NCBI GenBank assembly: GCA_035995545.1
Contig: DASYKI010000016.1
Coordinates: forward strand, 820,335-884,334
Direction of reading: 5' to 3'
Length of the DNA: 64,000 bases
DNA from: Candidatus Dormiibacterota bacterium
Lineage (GTDB): Bacteria > Chloroflexota > Dormibacteria > Aeolococcales > Aeolococcaceae
In this document: in pieces, positions 59,980 through 64,000 of the stretch
Numbering within the stretch: position 1 is the stretch's first letter
Layout of the letters: every line of letters begins with the position of its first letter
Position numbers and translations under genes: made by a program
The notes under the pieces: generated by a model
Databases searched by the model: none
What the model was told of the DNA's origin: nothing
Seen by the model: the letters and a program-made list of their open reading frames with translations, nothing else

Positions 59980-61182
59980 CTAGGCGCCGCGGTAGATGTG
60001 GGCGGTGTCCGACCAGTACAGGGCATGGTCGGGGCCCTGCTTGACGTCGAGCCTGCACGTCGAGGGACCGCCGGCCACCGAGCCGTGCGGGGTTCCCGCC
60101 GTGAAGATCTTCATGCCGGCCGTGAACGTGCAGAAGACGATGTGGCCCGCATACGCGCTCGGACCCGACGCGTCGACGAAGCTGACGCCGGTGGGGACAA
60201 CGGTGCCCGTCTCGCTGCTCCAGTCGGGCTCGGGCTGCCCGGCGGGACAGGATGCGGTGGCCAGCGGATGGCTGTAGCCATAGCAGTCGGGCCACTGGTA
60301 GCCGGTGCCACGCCGCACGGCGGCGTACAGCTCGTCGTAGCCGGTGGTCGGCGAGCCGGCGTCGCCGGATGGGCCGTTGCTGGTCACCGCCATCTGCCCC
60401 GTCGCCGAGAAGGCGATGCCGAAGGGGTTGCGAAACCCGTATGCCCACACGGGATTGGCGGCGCCGAAGGGGTTGTCGGTGGGGACGCTGCCGTCGGGCC
60501 TGTAGCGCAGGATCTTGCCGCGCACGTCGCCGGTGTCCTGGGCGAGCTGCGAGCTGTGCTCCTCGCCGAGGGTGACGTAGAGCATGCCGTCGCTGCCGAA
60601 GCCGAGCCGTCCACCCTTGTGGCAGCAGTCGTTTCCGGCGGGAAGGGTGACGATCACCTGCGCCTCCGAGCTGACCCCCTTGCAGTCGCGCCAGCGGATG
60701 ACGTGCTGCTGGGTGCGGTTGGTGTCGGAGTAGAAGGCGTAGACGTAGCGATCGGTGGCGAAGCCGGGGCCGATGGCAATGCCGAGCAGGCCGCGTTCGC
60801 TGTAGTTGCCGTTCGCCTCGGTGGTCACCGTGGCCACGCTGGCGAAGTCGTGCGCGCCGCCGTCCTGCCAGACCTTCACAGTTCCGGTCCGCTCTGTCCA
60901 GAACAGCCGGCCGTCGGGGGCGAAGGCGAGCGCCGTGGCGTAGCTGGCCGCAATGGTGCCCTGCGGTGGCGTCTGCGGCCCGACGGCGCAGGGCGACGCT
61001 GTGGTGGTGGCCGTGGCGCTCGCGGTCGGCGCCGTGGGTGTCGCGGTGGCCGGCGCTGTCGGCGTGCTGTGTGGAGTTGCCGTCGGCGCTGGCGACGGAG
61101 TGCCGCCGCAGGCGACGGCGACGGCCGCGAGGACGAGGGCACCGGCGAGCCGGGGGACACGATGCAAGGGGGGCCGGGTCAC
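59980..61182 (-). CDS. PQQ-dependent sugar (glucose/sorbosone) dehydrogenase-like beta-propeller lipoprotein
   Basis: The lipobox is LAAVAVAC-G, followed by a Thr/Pro/Ala-rich linker. Blocks are GLLGIAIGPGF, CCHKGGRLGFGSDGMLYVTLGE, GKILRYRPDGSVPTDNPF and YGFRNPFGIAF. Confidence 0.88.
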   Translation of the reverse strand: MTRPPLHRVPRLAGALVLAAVAVACGGTPSPAPTATPHSTPTAPATATPTAPTASATATTTASPCAVGPQTPPQGTIAASYATALAFAPDGRLFWTERTGTVKVWQDGGAHDFASVATVTTEANGNYSERGLLGIAIGPGFATDRYVYAFYSDTNRTQQHVIRWRDCKGVSSEAQVIVTLPAGNDCCHKGGRLGFGSDGMLYVTLGEEHSSQLAQDTGDVRGKILRYRPDGSVPTDNPFGAANPVWAYGFRNPFGIAFSATGQMAVTSNGPSGDAGSPTTGYDELYAAVRRGTGYQWPDCYGYSHPLATASCPAGQPEPDWSSETGTVVPTGVSFVDASGPSAYAGHIVFCTFTAGMKIFTAGTPHGSVAGGPSTCRLDVKQGPDHALYWSDTAHIYRGA

Positions 61183-61264
61183 GCCAGGCAGGGTAGCGTC
61201 GGTGCCCTCGCCTCCGTCGCGAACGTGCGGAGAGGCCGTCTCGGCTGCGCGGGCGGTGCGCGAC

Positions 61265-62098
61265 TCATGGCAACGCCGCCGCGTGGCGCGGCGCCCAGGC
61301 GAGACGCCAGATGCCGCGCAGGTCCTCGATGGCGGTGGGCAGGATGTCGACGCGCGAATCGGCGTCGTCCACCCAGTCCACCGCGACCTCGTGGACGCGC
61401 AGGCCGCTGCGCCGGGCCAGGGTGAGCAGCTCGGTGTCGAAGAACCAGGAGTTGTCGCGCACCTGGGGCAGCAGCACGCGGGCGGCCGGTGCCGTCACCG
61501 CCTTGAAGCCGCACTGCGCGTCGCGCACGCCGGTGCGCAGGATGCTGCGCACCAGCAGGTTGTAGCCGCGCGAGATCACCTCGCGGCGGGCGCCGCGGAC
61601 CACGCGCGCGCCCGCCGCCAGGCGGCTGCCGATGGCGGCGTCGCTGTGTCCGGAGATGAGTGGCGCCACCAGGGGAAGCAGCGCGTCCAGCCCGGTCGAC
61701 AGGTCGACGTCCATGTAGGCGAGCACCGGCGAGTCGCTGAGCATCCAGGCGGTGCGCAGCGCCAGGCCGCGGCCCTTTTCCTCCACGCGCACGGCGCGGA
61801 CGTCGCACAGCTGCCGCCCCAGCCACCGAGCTGTCGCCCAGGTGCGGTCGGTGCTGGCGTTGTCGACGATGGTGATGCGCGCGCTGAAGGGGAAGCGATC
61901 GCCCAGGTAGGCGTGCAGGCGACGCACGCTGGGCTCGAGGTCGGCCTCCTCGTTGTGCACCGGGATGGCCACGTCCACCAGCGGCGGCACGGCGCGTCCG
62001 GTTGTGGCCATCTGCGGCACCAACGTGGCGTCCGGCAGCGTCCGCGCCGCTCGCGGCGGGGCTGCCACCAGGGGGCGGGGGAGGAGCTGCGGTGCCAT
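61265..62098 (-). CDS. GT2-family polyprenyl-phosphate glycosyltransferase (dolichyl-phosphate glucosyl/mannosyl-transferase-like)
   Basis: The sequence reads VDVAIPVHNEEADLE..ITIVDNASTDRT..YMDVDLST..DAQCGFKA. The start is 62098 or ATG 62011. Confidence 0.88.
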   Translation of the reverse strand: MAPQLLPRPLVAAPPRAARTLPDATLVPQMATTGRAVPPLVDVAIPVHNEEADLEPSVRRLHAYLGDRFPFSARITIVDNASTDRTWATARWLGRQLCDVRAVRVEEKGRGLALRTAWMLSDSPVLAYMDVDLSTGLDALLPLVAPLISGHSDAAIGSRLAAGARVVRGARREVISRGYNLLVRSILRTGVRDAQCGFKAVTAPAARVLLPQVRDNSWFFDTELLTLARRSGLRVHEVAVDWVDDADSRVDILPTAIEDLRGIWRLAWAPRHAAALP

Positions 62099-62198
62099 GT
62101 CACCACTCTCGCGCCGCCGTCTCAGACCGCTCCGATGGTCTGCTCAGAGTTTGCTGGGGGCCTCCAGCGCGCTACTGTCCGTCGCGGAGGACGCCTGC

Positions 62199-63086
62199 AT
62201 GACCGTGACCACCGCGATGCCCTTCGCCCGCCGCGCCTGGACCTGCTACGAGCCTGTCCACGCCCTGGTCTACTTCGCTCCGGAGAAGAAGGACGCCTAC
62301 GACGCCGCCGGACTGCGCGGCGGCTGGATGGGGTACTTCGCCTCCCGCTCGGCGGCGATGGGCGCGGTCGAGCCGGCGGTTGTGGCCGCAACCTTCCACA
62401 ACTTCCAGCCTGCCATGGTGGCGCGCGCCATCCCCGACGCCTGGACCTTCTCGACCCCCGCGCGCGTGCTGCAGGCGCGCCACGACGCCGTCGACCGCGC
62501 CCTGCGCCGCCTGTGGGGCGACGCCGTCGACGCCGGCTCGACCGCCGAGGCCGCCGACCTCGCCCTGCTCGTCGCGCGGGTGGCGAACGTCGCGGGCCGG
62601 CCCATCTTCGCGGCACACGCGGCGCTCCCGGTGCCGCCCGCGGATGCGCCGCACATGCGCCTCTGGCATGCCTGCACCCTGCTCCGCGAGCACCGCTTCG
62701 ACGGGCACGTCGCCACCCTGACCCGGCACGGCCTCGACGGCTGCGAGACCCTGGTCACCGCCGTCCTGGCCGGCGGCGGCGCGCCCGACGCCGAGGGCCT
62801 GCGCTCGGTCCGCGGCTGGACCGCCGAGGAATGGGCGGCCGCCGAGCGCCGCCTCCGCGACCGCGGCCTGGTCGGCGACGGCGGCCTGACCCCGCGCGGC
62901 GCCGCCCTCCGCGCCGAGGTGGAGGCGGAGACCGACGAGCTCGCCGCCGCGCCGTGGCAGGTCCTCTCCGCCGGCGAGCAGGAACGCCTGCTGGCCGTGC
63001 TGCGCCGCCTGGTGGACCTCCTGGACGCGCCCGACGGCGTGCCCTACCCCAACCCCGTCGGGGTTCCACGGCCGCTCACCGGGTGA
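62199..63086 (+). CDS. Conserved actinobacterial hypothetical protein (resembles the SCO6745 family)
   Basis: ATG 62199 has GGAGGA 7 nt upstream. The sequence reads ARRAWTCYEPVHALVYFAPEKKDAYDAAGLRGGWMGYFASRSAAMGAV. The family name is from memory and is not verified. Confidence 0.7.
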   Translation: MTVTTAMPFARRAWTCYEPVHALVYFAPEKKDAYDAAGLRGGWMGYFASRSAAMGAVEPAVVAATFHNFQPAMVARAIPDAWTFSTPARVLQARHDAVDRALRRLWGDAVDAGSTAEAADLALLVARVANVAGRPIFAAHAALPVPPADAPHMRLWHACTLLREHRFDGHVATLTRHGLDGCETLVTAVLAGGGAPDAEGLRSVRGWTAEEWAAAERRLRDRGLVGDGGLTPRGAALRAEVEAETDELAAAPWQVLSAGEQERLLAVLRRLVDLLDAPDGVPYPNPVGVPRPLTG

Positions 63087-63116
63087 GGCAGCCCTTTCGG
63101 GTATCCTCCTCCGCCT

Positions 63117-63190
63117 CCCAGGGTGGCCAAGTGGTCTAAGGCAACGGTCTGTAAAACCGTGTATCGGTGGTTCGAATCCACCCCCTGGGA
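63117..63190 (+). tRNA. tRNA with anticodon GTA (Tyr); 74 nt, short 5-nt variable loop, C1-G72, A73, no encoded CCA
   Basis: Hand fold: acceptor CCCAGGG/CCCTGGG; T8 G9; D stem GCC/GGC with an 11-nt loop containing GG; anticodon stem ACGGT/ACCGT with loop CTGTAAA; variable GTATC; T arm GGTGG-TTCGAAT-CCACC; discriminator A. A TATCCT -10-like hexamer lies at 63102-63107. Confidence 0.8.
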
Positions 63191-63229
63191 CGCTCTAAGC
63201 ACGAATCCATAGGCCGTCTCCGGCCTGCG

Positions 63230-63252
63230 GAGGCCACCTAGGGCCTCATTTT
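63230..63252 (+). terminator. Candidate intrinsic terminator downstream of the tRNA
   Basis: A 6-bp GC-rich stem GAGGCC (63230-35) / GGCCTC (63242-47) with a 6-nt loop is followed by ATTTT (63248-52). Confidence 0.4.
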
Positions 63253-63291
63253 GGCGGTTGATTACCCCAAAATTTACCCCACGTCTAGAGC

Positions 63292-63681
63292 TCAGTGGCG
63301 GAAGGCGGCGCACCCGGTATTGGTGGCTCCAGCCGGCCCGATCTGACCGGCGTACGCCTGGAGATTGACCACCACGCCGGACGCGAAAGTGGCCAGCAGA
63401 ATCGTGGCGTCATGGTCCCACTCGGCGTACGTGTAGCCGGGCGGCAGCCCTAGGTTCTTGAGGTAGGAGTCGGCCTGATGACCATTGGCCGAGCCCATGG
63501 CGCTCATAGCCGCCTGTTCCGACTCGCCGATGACGAGGGCGCACCAGCGGGCGTCAAGGCTGACCGCCGGGCTTGCGGACTGAGGCGGCGGGGTCGCGGT
63601 GGTACTAGTGCTGACAGCGGCTCCACTGCCGCAGGCAGCCAAAAGGAGTGCCGCAGCCGCGATGGCTGGCGTCGCCTTCAT
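63292..63681 (-). CDS. Small lipoprotein of unknown function
   Basis: ATG 63681 gives MKATPAIAAAALLLAAC-G (lipobox). This is the last 129 codons of track ORF 63292..63750. The ATG overlaps the stop of the upstream ORF (ATGA at 63678-63681). Confidence 0.65.
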   Translation of the reverse strand: MKATPAIAAAALLLAACGSGAAVSTSTTATPPPQSASPAVSLDARWCALVIGESEQAAMSAMGSANGHQADSYLKNLGLPPGYTYAEWDHDATILLATFASGVVVNLQAYAGQIGPAGATNTGCAAFRH

Positions 63682-63962
63682 GGCTTGCAATTCGGTTCGT
63701 AGGAGTAAGTGCAGGGCGGCAACGTCGGCGTCGGTTGCGGCGTGGAGCACGCAGAACAGCCAGGGTCGCAGCTCGGATTACCGCCCTGCCCGCAACGCCA
63801 ACCGGGGTCCGGGTACTGAGTCGGGGTCGGGGCGGGGGTCGAAGGTGCGGCGCTAGGCGCCGCGGGCGCGGTAGCCGCGCGGGGAGCGCTCGTACGCGCG
63901 GGCTGAGGTGCAACCGATGACGGCGCGGCCACTGAGGAGGGCGGAAGCGTGATCACGACCAC
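63678..63962 (-). CDS. Pro-rich protein with a Cys-rich C-terminus; the 5' end may lie beyond the window
   Basis: The track ORF is 63678..63962. The C-terminus reads WRCGQGGNPSCDPGCSACSTPQPTPTLPPCTYSYEPNCKP. It is translationally coupled to the lipoprotein gene. No signal peptide appears in the visible part. Confidence 0.35.
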   Translation of the reverse strand: MVVITLPPSSVAAPSSVAPQPARTSAPRAATAPAAPSAAPSTPAPTPTQYPDPGWRCGQGGNPSCDPGCSACSTPQPTPTLPPCTYSYEPNCKP

Positions 63963-64000
63963 AGGCGACGCTGTAACGGTCTCTACGGCCCCAGTCCCGG

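Noticed and set aside
59893-63139. Plus-strand ORFs 59893..61425 and 60953..63139 (510 and 728 aa)
   Set aside because: They run antisense to the dehydrogenase and GT2 genes, or out of frame with gene 62199..63086. They are poly-Arg/Gly and lack motifs.

Overview
This is a gene-dense, very GC-rich bacterial chromosomal segment (about 70% GC or more by eye, not computed). The gene repertoire looks Actinomycetota-like: PucR, SCO6745-like, DinB/DUF664, DUF5996, GT39, and an ECF sigma factor with an NTF2-like tail. I call 53 protein-coding genes, one possible frameshifted remnant, one tRNA, one terminator-like hairpin and one operator-like palindrome. One CDS runs off the left edge and one may run off the right edge. 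I saw no rRNA, CRISPR array, transposase, integrase or phage genes. Many long ORFs in the supplied track are shadow or read-through ORFs typical of high-GC DNA. I placed real starts by motif content, by counting residues inside track ORFs, and by start/stop overlaps. Content from left to right: (1) a UvrA paralog, a VOC gene and an AraC regulator. (2) A roughly 10.4-kb translationally coupled operon with a surface S8 protease, a signal-less beta-lactamase-fold hydrolase, and a Liv-type ABC importer whose parts are fused as MFS::LivF, LivH::LivM::LivG and unknown-domain::SBP, followed by a PucR regulator. (3) A GH28 gene, then a cluster of M20 peptidase, class-A-like serine hydrolase, GNAT and N-succinylamino-acid-racemase-like enolase. 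(4) An LVIVD beta-propeller, a pirin, a channel-like protein and ApbE. (5) A MacB-type ABC exporter with an SGNH lipoprotein. (6) A VOC gene with an ECF sigma factor, and a STAS gene. (7) Two MFS exporters, each with a TetR or ArsR regulator, and DinB. (8) A Vgb-like propeller fused to a polytopic membrane domain. (9) A roughly 7.3-kb signalling operon: REC-HisKA_3 kinase, REC-EAL, 4xPAS hybrid kinase, S2P-CBS protease, DUF5996, and a His-less DHp mini-protein. (10) An acyl-CoA synthetase, then a second, paralogous Liv-type system built from the same parts in a different fusion pattern (SBP, LivH::LivM, LivF::LivG, free unknown-domain protein), then a crotonase. (11) A GT2, lipoprotein dehydrogenase, YceI and GT39 operon. 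(12) A 74-nt tRNA with a GUA anticodon, a short variable loop and a C1-G72 pair, which is atypical for bacterial tRNA-Tyr, followed by a short lower-GC structured spacer. The strongest candidates for something undescribed are the two domain-shuffled Liv-like systems that share a secreted accessory domain, the signalling operon with the His-less DHp protein, and the odd tRNA.
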